DNA of 64,000 nucleotides from an uncultured Gammaproteobacteria bacterium (GCA_963824045.1 CAWGNW010000019.1:73108-137107); one strand, 5' to 3'; numbered from the stretch's first letter, positions 29,218 to 39,721 are shown. The notes: a model not told the origin generated them from the sequence alone. A program made the numbers and translations.

Positions 29218-30066
29218 ATGCGCTGGAAGACGGGACGCAGAAGTTCGAATATCGAGGACCGGCGTGGCCGGCGGATAGCCGGCGGAGCCGTATTCAAGGG
29301 CGGCGTGGGAACCATTGTGCTGACCCTGGCGCTGGCCTATTTCCTCGGCATCGACCCGCAGTTACTGCTGCAGCTGCAGCAGGGAGGCGTGCAGCCTGAG
29401 GCCGTGGAAGACTATCAACCCACGCCGCAGGAAGCACAGCTGGCGGATTTCGTCTCCGTGGTGCTGGCGGACACGGAAGATACCTGGCGGGCGATTTTCC
29501 GGCAGTCCGGGCGCACCTATGAAGAACCGACACTGGTGCTGTTTTCCGCTGCCGTCGAGTCTGCCTGCGGGATGTCCAGTGCCGCGACCGGCCCTTTTTA
29601 CTGCGCGGCCGACCGCAGGATATACATCGATCTGGCCTTCTTCGAAGACCTCCGGCAGCGCTACGGCGCGCCGGGCGATTTCGCCCAGGCCTACGTGATT
29701 GCGCACGAGGTCGGCCACCATGTGCAGACCCTGCTCGGTATCAGCGATCAGGTCAGGTCCGCGCAGCAGGGGCTTGGCAAGGCGGGAGCCAATGCACTGT
29801 CCGTGCAACAGGAGCTGCAGGCGGACTGCTTTGCCGGACTGTGGGGCAACCATGCCGAGCGCAGCCGCCAGGTGCTCGAGCAGGGTGACATCGAAGAGGC
29901 CCTGAACGCCGCCACAGCCATCGGTGATGACCGGCTGCAAAAGCAGGCGCAGGGCTACGTGGTCCCCGAGTCGTTTACCCACGGCACCTCCAGGCAGCGG
30001 GTCGAATGGTTTAAGCGCGGTATTGAAAGCGGCGACTTCGAGCGTTGTAATACCTTCGGCACATAG
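29218..30066 (+). CDS. ypfJ: YpfJ-family neutral zinc metallopeptidase
   Basis: MRWKTGRRSSNIEDRRG..., one TM helix and the HEVGHHVQ zinc motif. Confidence 0.85.
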   Translation: MRWKTGRRSSNIEDRRGRRIAGGAVFKGGVGTIVLTLALAYFLGIDPQLLLQLQQGGVQPEAVEDYQPTPQEAQLADFVSVVLADTEDTWRAIFRQSGRTYEEPTLVLFSAAVESACGMSSAATGPFYCAADRRIYIDLAFFEDLRQRYGAPGDFAQAYVIAHEVGHHVQTLLGISDQVRSAQQGLGKAGANALSVQQELQADCFAGLWGNHAERSRQVLEQGDIEEALNAATAIGDDRLQKQAQGYVVPESFTHGTSRQRVEWFKRGIESGDFERCNTFGT

Positions 30067-30161
30067 CTGCCGCCACGCAGGCCAGGGCAGGCGGATGCCC
30101 TGTTGCCGTCATGTCCGCCGCCGGCGGTCCCGCAGGATGAACATTTCCCGGAAACGAGAAG

Positions 30162-31052
30162 ATGAAATTTTTAACACTGGAAAACGGGCAACTGGGAGTG
30201 TTGCTCGGTGCAACCGTCGTCGACGTTGGAGCGGCAGCGGCAGCGCTGTCCGCGGTTTCTCCCGCTACGACGCTGCAGGCGCTGATCGAGGCCGGCGATG
30301 AGGCCGCCATGCGCGCCCAGGAGCTGGCGCTGCGGGCAAAGGCCGCGGGTGTTGCATGTCGCGCGTATGCGGAGACACGGCCACGGGCTCCCATACCGAC
30401 GCCGCGGCGAAATATCCTGTGCGTCGGCAAGAACTATCTCGAACACGCACAGGAAATGGCCGCGAAGATGCAGGTATCGGGTGAACCTCCCGAGAAGGCG
30501 ATCTTCTTTACCAAGGCGAATACGGCCGTGATCGGTCCGGGCGACAACATTCCCGCCTGGCAGGACCTGACACAAAAGCTGGACTACGAGGCGGAACTGG
30601 CACTGATCATCGGCAGGGGCGGGATCCATATCGCGGCGGAGGATGCCTGGACGCACGTGTTCGGTTATACCGCGATCAACGATATCTCGGCGCGTGACCT
30701 GCAGAAGGACCACATGCAGTGGTTCCGCGCGAAGAGTCTTGACGGCTTCGCGCCCATGGGGCCTTGCGTGGTCCACCGCAGCGCCATGCCTGCCCCGGTC
30801 GACATCGAGGTGAAATGTTTCGTCAATGGTGAACAACGTCAGGGCGCGACCTTTGACAAGCTGATCTTCGCTGTGCCGGAGATCATTGCGGTGCTATCCT
30901 CCGGGATGAGCCTGCTGCCGGGTGATATCATCGCAACCGGTACGCCGGCCGGCGTCGGCATGGGATTCCGGCCGCCAAGGTACCTGCAACCCGGGGACGA
31001 GGTGGTCGTTGATATTACCGGTGTAGGTGAACTGCGCAACACGGTTGCATGA
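30162..31052 (+). CDS. fumarylacetoacetate hydrolase (FAH) family protein
   Basis: ...DYEAELALIIG...FGYTAINDISARDLQ...GDIIATGTPAGVG are FAH-family motifs. Confidence 0.85.
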   Translation: MKFLTLENGQLGVLLGATVVDVGAAAAALSAVSPATTLQALIEAGDEAAMRAQELALRAKAAGVACRAYAETRPRAPIPTPRRNILCVGKNYLEHAQEMAAKMQVSGEPPEKAIFFTKANTAVIGPGDNIPAWQDLTQKLDYEAELALIIGRGGIHIAAEDAWTHVFGYTAINDISARDLQKDHMQWFRAKSLDGFAPMGPCVVHRSAMPAPVDIEVKCFVNGEQRQGATFDKLIFAVPEIIAVLSSGMSLLPGDIIATGTPAGVGMGFRPPRYLQPGDEVVVDITGVGELRNTVA

Positions 31053-31110
31053 ACTGGCAGTGCCGGCGACTGGCAACTTGAAATTGTGTCACCATGGCCT
31101 GGACTTCGGG

Positions 31111-31641
31111 ATGGAAAACGACTGTATGTGGACAGTGACGGGCAATGCGCGCCGGCTGTTGCGGATGCTTGTGACGGCTTCACTGACAGCGGTGCCGCTG
31201 GCCGCGCAGACGGCGGATGCCACCGGCAGCAAGGCGTTGCCGGAACCCTACTACAACTGGCAGGTGCAGGATTACGAAATCAGGGAGCCACTGGGTGGTC
31301 TGGCTGGTGTACCGGAGCGGGGTGCGCGCATTGCCAGCGACCAGCACGCAGGCAACTGTTACGCCTGCCACGTGCTGCCGCTGGATCCCGATGAATTCTA
31401 CGGGAACCTGGGGCCGCCACTGGCCGGTATCGCATCGCGCCAGTCGGTGGGCATGATTCGGCTGCACGTGGTGGACCAGACGCGTTTCAATCCGGAAACC
31501 GTCATGCCCGGGTATTACCGTCGCTTCGAGCAACTCAACCGGGTCGCGGAAAAATACCGCGGGCGCACCTACCTGACCGCGCAGCAGGTCGAGGATGTGG
31601 TTGCCTGGCTGGCAACCCTGTATGCGGAGCCGGCGCCATGA
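31111..31641 (+). CDS. soxX: sulfur-oxidation c-type cytochrome SoxX; start 31111 or 31126
   Basis: Signal peptide, single heme motif CYACH, the ...GPPL...MPGYYR pattern, and a 4-nt overlap with soxA. Confidence 0.75.
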   Translation: MENDCMWTVTGNARRLLRMLVTASLTAVPLAAQTADATGSKALPEPYYNWQVQDYEIREPLGGLAGVPERGARIASDQHAGNCYACHVLPLDPDEFYGNLGPPLAGIASRQSVGMIRLHVVDQTRFNPETVMPGYYRRFEQLNRVAEKYRGRTYLTAQQVEDVVAWLATLYAEPAP

Positions 31642-32402
31642 GGTCGGGTATCCCAGGGCTGCTGTTTTCCGTGCTTGCACTTGGCTGCACCGCTGGCCTT
31701 GCTGAAACGCTCTCCGGCTATGCCTACCTGACGCCGGAAATGCAGGCGCTGCAGGATGACGAGTTCGGCAATCCGGGCCAGTTGACGGTCGACCAGGGGC
31801 GTATCCTGTTTGCAGCAGCCGGTGCCGGGGGAAAGTCCTGCAGCAGTTGCCACGGTGATGATGGCAACGACCTGGACGGCAAGCAGATCGCACGTTACCC
31901 GGTTTACGATCCGCGCCATGACAGACCGCTGACGCTGCGAGGCCAGGTGCTGCAGTGCTGGGCGGAGCGTCTGGGCAATCCCCCGCTGGCATATGCCGAT
32001 GAACGTGCCCTGAAACTGGAGACCTTTGTGCGTTATCGCGCGCGGGGAGAAACGGTCGCTGTCGAGATCGATGAAAACCTGCAGCCGTACTACGATGCGG
32101 GCGAGAAACTGTACCGCACACGCTGGGGACAGGTCGATATTGCCTGCCACCAGTGCCACGAATACCATGCCGGGGGCACTTTCCGCGGTCAGGTCATGAC
32201 CCAGGGGCAGTCCAACGGGTTCCCGGCGTACCGCTTTACCACGGGACAGACCGTCGGTCTGCAGGAGCGGATTACGGAATGCCTGAAGAGCCTGCGCGCG
32301 GAACCGTATCCCGCGGGATCAGAGGAGTACCTGGGCCTTGAGGTTTACATGAGTGCGCGCAGCAACGGCCTGAAGATCGAGACGCCTGCGATACGCTACT
32401 GA
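31638..32402 (+). CDS. soxA: diheme cytochrome c SoxA
   Basis: Two heme motifs (CSSCH, CHQCH) and a C-terminus ...GFPAYRF...LQERITEC...GLEVYMSARSNGL typical of SoxA. Confidence 0.8.
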   Translation: MRSGIPGLLFSVLALGCTAGLAETLSGYAYLTPEMQALQDDEFGNPGQLTVDQGRILFAAAGAGGKSCSSCHGDDGNDLDGKQIARYPVYDPRHDRPLTLRGQVLQCWAERLGNPPLAYADERALKLETFVRYRARGETVAVEIDENLQPYYDAGEKLYRTRWGQVDIACHQCHEYHAGGTFRGQVMTQGQSNGFPAYRFTTGQTVGLQERITECLKSLRAEPYPAGSEEYLGLEVYMSARSNGLKIETPAIRY

Positions 32403-32443
32403 GCCGCAACCACCGGTCGCGGGCCGCAATCCACAGACAAAAC

Positions 32444-32483
32444 CGCCGGCATGCAGACCCGTTAACGGGTCTGCATGCCGGCG
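32444..32483. terminator. long perfect palindrome between convergent soxA and 32527..33972
   Basis: CGCCGGCATGCAGACCCG-TTAA-CGGGTCTGCATGCCGGCG (18-bp stem). AAAA lies on the left flank, giving a T-run for the minus-strand gene. Confidence 0.75.
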
Positions 32484-32526
32484 CTGTACCTTGTGTTCCG
32501 GACCCTGGCAGCGCAGCAGGCCAGGC

Positions 32527-33972
32527 CTAGCGTGCCGGGTATTGCTGCTGATATGCGGGCTGGTAGTAGGGTTGTTGCTGCCAGTTGGGTTGCTGGGGAT
32601 AGTAACCGTATCCGGGTGCGCCGTAGCGTGGCTGCGGCTGGGCCGGACGGGCCGGTGGCGCTGCAACCGCTGTGGCTTGCGGCTGCTGCGGCTCGCTGGC
32701 AGTTATCTCCCCGGCCTGTGGCGGCTGACTGGCCGTTATCTTTGCGGATTGCGGCGCTTCCATTTCTGCCTGCGCTGGCGGAGATGGCGCAGTGTCAACA
32801 GCCGGTTGTACGGCCATGCTGCCGGTATCCATGGTCGCTGCGGAAGCGGGAGGCTCCGCAACCGGGCTGTCGGCAAACCCGTAACCGGCGGGGTTCTCTG
32901 GCTGCGTTGCATCTTCGGCCGGCCTGGCGGATTCAGTGGCGGCAGTCGCCGGCTGTTCCTCCCTGGTCGCACCGACAACGGCGATGGCTGACTTTTGCGG
33001 AATGTCACCCCAGTCAGCTTCCCGCGCGCTGCCATTGTAGCTGCCTGCAACAGGCGGTGGTGCAGCCACGCCTGAATCGCGGTTCTCCTGCCAGTAGTGG
33101 TAGCCGCTGAACGCCAGCATAACCAGAAACACCGCCACCACGATCGGTCGCACCGGCAATTCGCGCCGCTGTGCCTGTGCCGCAATGATGGCCTCCGTGC
33201 TTGCTGTTGCCGTGGACTCGCCGCTCTCGCTGGCAGCCGTTGCTGTGGGTTCACTCGTGTTCGCTGCAGCTTCCACTGCTGTGGTTTCCTGTGCGCCTGG
33301 TTTTTCCTGCATAACGGTCCCTTCCTTCTGGATTGTTCGTGTATCTCCAGCGGCTGCCGGTGGAGTTGTCGTGGTTTCCTGCGGTGCGGTGCTATCCGGA
33401 GCCGCCGGTGTGGCAGCCTCCATCCCGGGGAACTCCTCGAGCAGGTCTTCGATGGTTTGCTCGGGGAGTTCGGTGATACCGGGCCTTCCCGGAACGGGTT
33501 TTTCCACCCGCGCCAGGAGCGACTCCGCCTTTCTGGCCTGGCTGGCCTTGACGGCATTCAGCGCGCTGACGGCTTGCGCGGACATCCAGGATATGGAGCG
33601 CGAGTCCTTATCCGCAGGGCTCGCGGGGTTCTCGGTCATGGCTGCGGCTGCCGTGGTTGCGTCTGCTGTCTCCGGCCCCCCGGTTTGTGGTGCAATCATA
33701 TCGGGTCGGCCTGTTTCCCGGGTTGCAGACCGGTTCTTTCTGCGGGACTTACCCGCGGTCTGCTTGCCGGCTGGCGCTGCTTTTTTCCGGGGCTTTTCAG
33801 TGATGCCCGCGTCCGCCTTCCTGTTCCGGGACACAGGCTGTTTGCCGGCCGCCTTCCCCCCCGGGGGAGATTTCCGGGCAACATCCTGCTTCACTGCCGC
33901 GGTCTTGTCACTGTCGTTCTTGTCATTGCCGGCCGTCTTGGCCGGCGCATCGGTTGCCGCAGTACTACCCAT
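32527..33972 (-). CDS. low-complexity membrane-anchored protein (basic disordered N-terminus, one TM, Pro/Ala/Gln/Tyr-rich C-terminus)
   Basis: Longest ORF at the locus. TM helix VRPIVVAVFLVMLAFSGYHYW. The tail is ...YGAPGYGYYPQQPNWQQQPYYQPAYQQQYPAR. Opposite-strand ORFs have aberrant Cys/Arg-rich composition. Confidence 0.6.
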   Translation of the reverse strand: MGSTAATDAPAKTAGNDKNDSDKTAAVKQDVARKSPPGGKAAGKQPVSRNRKADAGITEKPRKKAAPAGKQTAGKSRRKNRSATRETGRPDMIAPQTGGPETADATTAAAAMTENPASPADKDSRSISWMSAQAVSALNAVKASQARKAESLLARVEKPVPGRPGITELPEQTIEDLLEEFPGMEAATPAAPDSTAPQETTTTPPAAAGDTRTIQKEGTVMQEKPGAQETTAVEAAANTSEPTATAASESGESTATASTEAIIAAQAQRRELPVRPIVVAVFLVMLAFSGYHYWQENRDSGVAAPPPVAGSYNGSAREADWGDIPQKSAIAVVGATREEQPATAATESARPAEDATQPENPAGYGFADSPVAEPPASAATMDTGSMAVQPAVDTAPSPPAQAEMEAPQSAKITASQPPQAGEITASEPQQPQATAVAAPPARPAQPQPRYGAPGYGYYPQQPNWQQQPYYQPAYQQQYPAR

Positions 33973-34272
33973 AACCGCCTCTGGAAGTAAGCTGGTGACT
34001 GTAAATTCACGCCATCATTCCCAAAATCGGCGGCTGTTTCAACCAGCGTAACAACGTGGCAGTTACATCTGCCCGGCTGCGCCAGGATTCTGGCGCCCCG
34101 GTGCAAGGCCTTCCTGTTGATATCTATAGCGAAAAACGTCGTTCCCTTGCGCTGCGGGCCGCGCATGGCGGCCAATCGGCCGGTTTTGCTGATCCGGTTG
34201 ATCACCGCAGGACACGTTCCGTCCGGCTGCATGCGGCTGCCTGCGGAAATGAGGCAACCGCACACGATGAAC

Positions 34273-35178
34273 CTATTCCGGCGTGATCATGGCAAGCAGG
34301 CGTCCCAGCCAGCCGTTCATGCCCTGGCCGTATTCAAACAGCAGCAGGCCGGAAAGAATTGCCGCAGTGCCGACCCAGGCCTCTGCCTGCAGCGGCTCTC
34401 CGTTCAGGCCGTGCCCCAGCAACAGCGCGATGACCGGCGTGACCAGGGTGATCAGGGCGACCCGGGTCGCCTCCACGTGCCGCAGTACGTAGTAGTACAG
34501 TGCAAAACCGAGCACTGACCCTACGATACCCAGATAAATGATCGACACTGCAGCGCGGGCCGGGATTGCCCGCGGCAGGGGCTCGCCCGTGAAATAGTAA
34601 ACGGCCAGCAGCAGTGGCGCCGTCACTGCCAGTCCGCCGACGGTCGTGGCGAGCGCAGGTATGTCTGCGCCAATCCGCTTGATGGCGACGGCGCTGGCTG
34701 AATAGGCCGTGACCGAGAACACCATGCCGGCGATACCGAGCGGGGCTGCCTTGCCCAGGGATTGCGCCCCCAGCAACATGACGGCAAGCCCGGCGACACC
34801 CAGCAGCATACCCGCGACGCGCGTGGGTATCAGCGCCTGCTCGTTCAGCCAGATACTGGCCATGATGCCGGTCACGATGGGGGCCATGCCGAACAGCACC
34901 GATATCCACCCTGAAGGGATGTATTGTGAAGCCCAGTACACGGACAGCATTGCAAAAAACAGCCCGAGGCCAGCGGCAAGGTAGGTGCGGCGTGCAGCGG
35001 CATGCCAGGGAAGCCTTGTCCCCATGACCAGCGCGGCCACCATCCCTGCCATGACACCGAGCAGCATGCGGCTGGTAATGCCGAACAGGAAACCAACTTC
35101 CTGGCCGCTCCACTGAATGGCGAGCGGTGTCGTTGACCAGATCAGGATCACGGCCACATAGGCTAACGGGATCGACAT
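34273..35178 (-). CDS. EamA/DMT-family transporter
   Basis: ATG at 35178 follows GGAGG. ~10 TM segments and two EamA-like halves. A terminator lies inside the longer upstream ORF extension. Confidence 0.8.
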   Translation of the reverse strand: MSIPLAYVAVILIWSTTPLAIQWSGQEVGFLFGITSRMLLGVMAGMVAALVMGTRLPWHAAARRTYLAAGLGLFFAMLSVYWASQYIPSGWISVLFGMAPIVTGIMASIWLNEQALIPTRVAGMLLGVAGLAVMLLGAQSLGKAAPLGIAGMVFSVTAYSASAVAIKRIGADIPALATTVGGLAVTAPLLLAVYYFTGEPLPRAIPARAAVSIIYLGIVGSVLGFALYYYVLRHVEATRVALITLVTPVIALLLGHGLNGEPLQAEAWVGTAAILSGLLLFEYGQGMNGWLGRLLAMITPE

Positions 35179-35337
35179 GCCATCACCTCCGTTTGTTAAT
35201 CCGGATTTCTCGCCGGGACAGACAGCCCCGGGAAATACCCTGTTTTCTGCTTGCTCGCCATTAACCCGGACACCCTCAACAGGATGTGACATCCCGGCAC
35301 CGCCCGGTGAGAAATCCGGGTTAATGGTGTGCGACAA

Positions 35338-35373
35338 CGAAAAAGGCCGCAGATTTTGCAAGCTGCGGCCTTT
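35338..35373 (-). terminator. rho-independent terminator after 35562..36347
   Basis: The minus strand reads AAAGGCCGCAG-cttgcaaaat-CTGCGGCCTTT followed by TTTCG (11-bp stem). Confidence 0.8.
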
Positions 35374-35561
35374 GGAAAATATCTGTTGTCAGGGATTAAC
35401 GAACTAGCGGATTTTCCTTCCGGCCACAGGCGCGAACGGCTGCGCCCATCCGCGCAGTCGACGCACGCTAACCATGATGTGAAGTCCGGAAAAGCGGTTC
35501 ATGCGGCGAGTGTTTCAGATGCGCCCTGGACAAGTCAAGCCCCGGGTGCCTGCAGTCAGGT

Positions 35562-36347
35562 TCAGTAAGGCTGCCGTGTGAGCACGCGGAGCCGTTCAAT
35601 ATCCCTGGTATTGTAACTGAACGAATATGTGCCGGAACTGTTGCGCTGTGCAAACTGGAGCCTGTTCCCTGCTGCACCGGTAAGCCGGTACTCCTTTTCC
35701 TGCACACCCTTGCGGATGACCTTGACGGTGTAGCCGACATAGTTCTTGGCGTCGGTTACCGGAATGGTCTGGTACTCCAGCCGGTAGTGTTCCTGCTCAG
35801 GCAGTGCCTTTTTGCTGATCGAGGCAAGCGACAATGCTTCCCTGGCGGAGTTTGCAGCTGCTGCCTCCTCTGCCGCTTTCTGCGCGGCTGCAGCCTGTTC
35901 AGCTGCAATCTGTTCCGCCTCTTCCAGTTGAGCGAGTTGCTTGCGCACGGCGATGAATTGTCGCTGCTCTTCCGCGGGCAATCCTGATCGCTCGCTGAAG
36001 TTCAGGCTGGTGTGAATGAATGCCGTGGCATCTTCCCGGGTCAGGTTCCGGGTCTGCATCCCTTGCTGAACGCGGGAGTAGGCCTGCAACATTTCCCAGC
36101 CACCCCAGCTGCTGAACAGGCAGGCGGCGAGTGCCAGGCTAATTGTGAAGGAGGTGATATAGGCAAGAAACGGTTTTTTTTCGCTGGCCCAGTGCCTGAT
36201 GCCGAAGATGGAGGCACCGATGGGGGAGAGAAGCAGGACCAGGAATCCCCAGATGGCGTGTTTCCTGAATGCATGGACACTGAGCCAGAGCAGCGCCAGC
36301 AGTGTCATGACGCCGGACAGTTGGGTCAGCAGGGGCAATTTGTCCAT
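35562..36347 (-). CDS. hypothetical membrane protein with a coiled-coil segment
   Basis: 261 aa. ~3 N-terminal TM helices, then an Ala/Glu/Gln-rich helix (LAQLEEAEQIAAEQAAAAQKAAEEAAAA). Confidence 0.6.
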   Translation of the reverse strand: MDKLPLLTQLSGVMTLLALLWLSVHAFRKHAIWGFLVLLLSPIGASIFGIRHWASEKKPFLAYITSFTISLALAACLFSSWGGWEMLQAYSRVQQGMQTRNLTREDATAFIHTSLNFSERSGLPAEEQRQFIAVRKQLAQLEEAEQIAAEQAAAAQKAAEEAAAANSAREALSLASISKKALPEQEHYRLEYQTIPVTDAKNYVGYTVKVIRKGVQEKEYRLTGAAGNRLQFAQRNSSGTYSFSYNTRDIERLRVLTRQPY

Positions 36348-36547
36348 CGGTACCTTCCGGATTTATTAGCACTCGGGTTCCGGCATGATTCCCGCCGGGC
36401 ATGGTTCAAACAGCCTATCGGCGCATTTCAGCGGTCACTTGAGAGGGGGGTGGCAGTCTGGCACCACTTCCGCGGCTGACCTGTAACCGTGTCACACTTT
36501 TACACAGGCGGCGGGCTCCGTGGCGGCAGTCGCGGGCCTGCCGGAGT

Positions 36548-36766
36548 TCAGTAGTGAGGTGGTGGTCCGTCCTCGCCGGGCGGGGTGATATTCGTGGTGA
36601 CCAGGGATCGCAAATGTGCTTCGAGCCGTTCGATGCTCATTGCCTGCCTGTTGACGCGTTGTTCCTGCAGCAGCAGGCTGCGGGTTAACTCGTCTATGGC
36701 CGCATCCTGGTGCATCAGGCGGGCTTCCAGTGCTTCAATCCGTGCATCCAGGTCTGCGTTGTTCAT
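36548..36766 (-). CDS. slyX: SlyX family protein
   Basis: 72 aa. ...RIEALEARLMHQDAAIDELTRSLLLQEQRV... is the SlyX coiled-coil signature. Confidence 0.85.
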   Translation of the reverse strand: MNNADLDARIEALEARLMHQDAAIDELTRSLLLQEQRVNRQAMSIERLEAHLRSLVTTNITPPGEDGPPPHY

Positions 36767-36787
36767 GGGTATCGACTCCTGCCGGGT

Positions 36788-37969
36788 TCACGGTTTGATG
36801 GAAACTGCAGCTGCCGCCCGTTCAGCCTTGTGCAGCGCGGTCTCTATGGTTGCTCCCCGGGCGAGTGCAACTCCCATGCGCCGCTGGCCGGCAACTTCGG
36901 GCTTGCCGAACAGACGCAGTTGCGTGTCAGGCTCCTGCAGCGCGAGCTCCAGATTCCCGAAGCTCACCTGCGTGGACCTGGCGTTGACCAGAATCACGCT
37001 GGATGCCGCCGGGCCATGCTGCCGGATGTTGGGTATCGGCAAGCCGAGAATCGCCCGCGCATGCAGCGCGAATTGCGACAGGTCCTGGGAAATCATGGTC
37101 ACCATACCGGTGTCGTGCGGACGCGGTGAGACCTCGCTGAAGATCACTGTGTCACCCTTGATGAACAGTTCCACGCCAAAAATGCCGCGTCCGCCCAGGG
37201 CCATGGTGATGCCTGTGGCGATATCCCGTGCAGCGCGCAGTGCGGTCTCGCGCATGGGCTGCGGTTGCCAGGACTGGCGGTAATCACCATCGACCTGCAC
37301 ATGCCCGATCGGTTCGCAGAACCCGGTGCCACCGGCATGGCGGACGGTCAGCAGTGTAATTTCATAGTCGAAATCCACGAAACCCTCGACGATCACCTTG
37401 CCGGCGCCGCCACGGCCGCCCGCCTGCGCATAAGTCCAGGCAGGTTCAATATCGGCCGGCTGCCTGACGGTGCTCTGTCCCTTGCCGGATGAACTCATAA
37501 TGGGTTTAACCACGCAGGGGAGGCCGATCTCCGTGATGGCCAGGTCAAATTCCGCGCGGCTGGCGGCGAAGCGGTAGGGTGAAGTCGGAATGCCCAGCTC
37601 TTCAGCGGCCAGGCGCCGGATGCCTTCCCGGTTCATGGTCAGGCGCGCAGCCCGCGCGGTCGGTATGACGTGGTAACCTTCAGCTTCCAGTTCAACCAGG
37701 GTGTCGGTTGCGATGGCCTCGATTTCCGGCACGATATAATGCGGCCTTTCCTGTTCGATCACGCGGCGCAGCGCTGCCCCGTCCAGCATGGAGAGCGTGT
37801 GGCTGCGGTGTGCAAGCTGCATGGCGGGGGCGTTGTCATAGCGGTCGACTACAATGACTTCCACGCCCAGTCGCTGCAGCTCGATCACCACTTCCTTGCC
37901 GAGTTCGCCGCCGCCGCAAAACAGTACCCGCGTCGCAGACGGGGACAGGGGAGTGCCGATTGTCGTCAT
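36788..37969 (-). CDS. purT: formate-dependent phosphoribosylglycinamide formyltransferase
   Basis: ATG at 37969 gives [27 protein letters not shown]..., an ATP-grasp protein with strong PurT resemblance throughout. Confidence 0.9.
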   Translation of the reverse strand: MTTIGTPLSPSATRVLFCGGGELGKEVVIELQRLGVEVIVVDRYDNAPAMQLAHRSHTLSMLDGAALRRVIEQERPHYIVPEIEAIATDTLVELEAEGYHVIPTARAARLTMNREGIRRLAAEELGIPTSPYRFAASRAEFDLAITEIGLPCVVKPIMSSSGKGQSTVRQPADIEPAWTYAQAGGRGGAGKVIVEGFVDFDYEITLLTVRHAGGTGFCEPIGHVQVDGDYRQSWQPQPMRETALRAARDIATGITMALGGRGIFGVELFIKGDTVIFSEVSPRPHDTGMVTMISQDLSQFALHARAILGLPIPNIRQHGPAASSVILVNARSTQVSFGNLELALQEPDTQLRLFGKPEVAGQRRMGVALARGATIETALHKAERAAAAVSIKP

Positions 37970-38085
37970 CTTGTGCGGTTCCATCTGGCTGGACTGAAGG
38001 GGAATGGCGAAGCATATAATGACATACATCTCTACTGTCAATTCGGCTGCCGTGTTGCAGGAGACAATGGCGCCGGGGAGGTATC

Positions 38086-38988
38086 GTGAAGTATCAGCAT
38101 GTTGTGTATCTGTTTCTGGCGCTGCTGGGGCTTGCCTGCGGCAGGCCGCTGTACGCTGACTATCCCATCGAGGTCATCGAGCTCAAGTCCCGCACCCTGG
38201 AGGAGGTCATTCCGGTGATCCGGCCCCTGCTCGGTACGAACGACAGTGTGACAGGCATGGGAAACAACCTGGTCCTGAAGGCGCCGCCAGACCGTGTTCA
38301 GCAGATCCGCAGGCTGCTGGTGGAACTCGACCGGCCGCCGCAGCGTCTGCTGATCACGGTGGGCAACCAGGGAGATGTCACGCGCAGTTCGCGCGGTTAC
38401 AGTGCCAGCGCGGACATCCGGGCCGGGGATGGCCAGATCAGCATCAATTCACCGGGGAAACCCGTCGACGAAACCAGCGCGCGGGTCCGCCTGCAGGACC
38501 GTGCGACGCAGCGTTCCAGTACCTCCGGCTATCAGGTGCAGGCGCTGGAAGGCCGGCCGGCCTGGATCAACAGCGGCATGCGGGTGCCGGTGTCCAGGGT
38601 GGAGCGCTACTACCAAAACGGTGTTCCCTATGAGAGGCGGACCACGCAACTGCAGGATGTCAGCGGTGGTTTCTACGTCGTCCCGCGACTGCAGGGAGAC
38701 AGTGTCACACTGGAGATCCTGCAGCATGATGACCGGGCTGCGGCCCGGGGGCGGGGGGTGGTGAGCACGCAAAGCACCGGGACAGTGGTGCGCGGCAGGC
38801 TGGGAGAGTGGCTGAATCTGGGAGGGATCGATACGCGCTCCGACAACCACGAGGGCGGGCTGGGCCGCAGCCTGTCTACGCAGGAAAGCGAAATTCGCCA
38901 GATCAGCGTCAAGGTGGATTGTCTCGATTGCGGCATGGCGGAACCGGGAAGCACCCCGGGGCCTGCATTCCGGTTTCAGCAGAAATGA
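38086..38988 (+). CDS. secreted protein with secretin-N-like domain and a short secretin-like C-terminal region
   Basis: GTG start after GGGGAG and a signal peptide. [23 protein letters not shown]...[23 protein letters not shown] resembles secretin N-domains. Confidence 0.6.
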   Translation: MKYQHVVYLFLALLGLACGRPLYADYPIEVIELKSRTLEEVIPVIRPLLGTNDSVTGMGNNLVLKAPPDRVQQIRRLLVELDRPPQRLLITVGNQGDVTRSSRGYSASADIRAGDGQISINSPGKPVDETSARVRLQDRATQRSSTSGYQVQALEGRPAWINSGMRVPVSRVERYYQNGVPYERRTTQLQDVSGGFYVVPRLQGDSVTLEILQHDDRAAARGRGVVSTQSTGTVVRGRLGEWLNLGGIDTRSDNHEGGLGRSLSTQESEIRQISVKVDCLDCGMAEPGSTPGPAFRFQQK

Positions 38989-39124
38989 GTCCCTTGCACA
39001 TCCGCGGTGTCGTGGCCGTTACGCAGCGCCTGAATCCCGATTGCCGGGCGCGGGGAGGCTGCGCGTGCAGCCTGCTGCCGGCTGTCGTGGCTGGCGGATG
39101 CCGACGACCGGGAGACCGCAGGCG

Positions 39125-39721
39125 ATGCTGAACCTCACTGAAATGTGCAAGCTGCTGCTGCCGGTGATCATGCCGGGCGTGCTGTTTGCTGCGGAAGTCG
39201 AGCGCAGCGCAGACGCGGAGACCGGGCTGCGCAAGTGGCACCTTGTGGAGGGTAAGCTGGAGGTTGAACTGGTGCAGCGTCTGCCTGACCAGACAAGGGG
39301 TTTCTTCATGGCGCGCGGGTTTCCCGCTGCTGTTGCCGAAGAGATCGCCGCCAGCTGCATCTTTCAGACGGTCATCCGCAACATCGGCAGTCAGGCTGAT
39401 GGCGTCACGGTCAGCGTCGATCTGGCGCAGTGGCGCGTCCTCCACGCAGGCGGGGAACAGGGTGTCAGGCTCAAGGAGCCATGGATTGCATCCTGGCCGG
39501 AGAGCGCGGTCGGTGAGGCATCCCGCCTGGCGTTTCAATGGGCGCTGTTTCCGACGCGGCAGGAGTTCCTGGCTGATGACTATAACTGGGGCATGACCGC
39601 TTTCGGTTTGCCGCCGGGAGCGGTTTTCGATCTTGATCTCGCCTGGCAGGAGGACGGGAAGGCGAACACCGCACGAATAACCGCAATTGAATGTACACCG
39701 GACGTGGAGCGTCTGCAGTGA
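39125..39721 (+). CDS. hypothetical exported protein
   Basis: ATG at 39125 with a hydrophobic N-terminus. Its stop overlaps the next start (GTGATGA). Confidence 0.55.
   Translation: MLNLTEMCKLLLPVIMPGVLFAAEVERSADAETGLRKWHLVEGKLEVELVQRLPDQTRGFFMARGFPAAVAEEIAASCIFQTVIRNIGSQADGVTVSVDLAQWRVLHAGGEQGVRLKEPWIASWPESAVGEASRLAFQWALFPTRQEFLADDYNWGMTAFGLPPGAVFDLDLAWQEDGKANTARITAIECTPDVERLQ

Noticed and set aside
31027-31110. Upstream start (31027) for soxX overlapping the FAH gene end
   Set aside because: The extension has no signal-peptide character. ATGs at 31111 and 31126 precede the hydrophobic leader LLRMLVTASLTAVPLAA.
33097-34051. Plus-strand ORFs 33097..33990 and 33185..34051 opposite the low-complexity protein gene
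   Set aside because: Their Cys/Arg/Ser-rich composition is unnatural. The minus-strand frame gives a coherent TM helix and domain organisation. Frame choice is nevertheless flagged for verification.
34273-35361. Full-length 362-aa version of the EamA transporter ORF
   Set aside because: The extra N-terminal 61 codons contain a rho-independent terminator (35338-35373) and lack TM character. ATG at 35178 has a GGAGG RBS.
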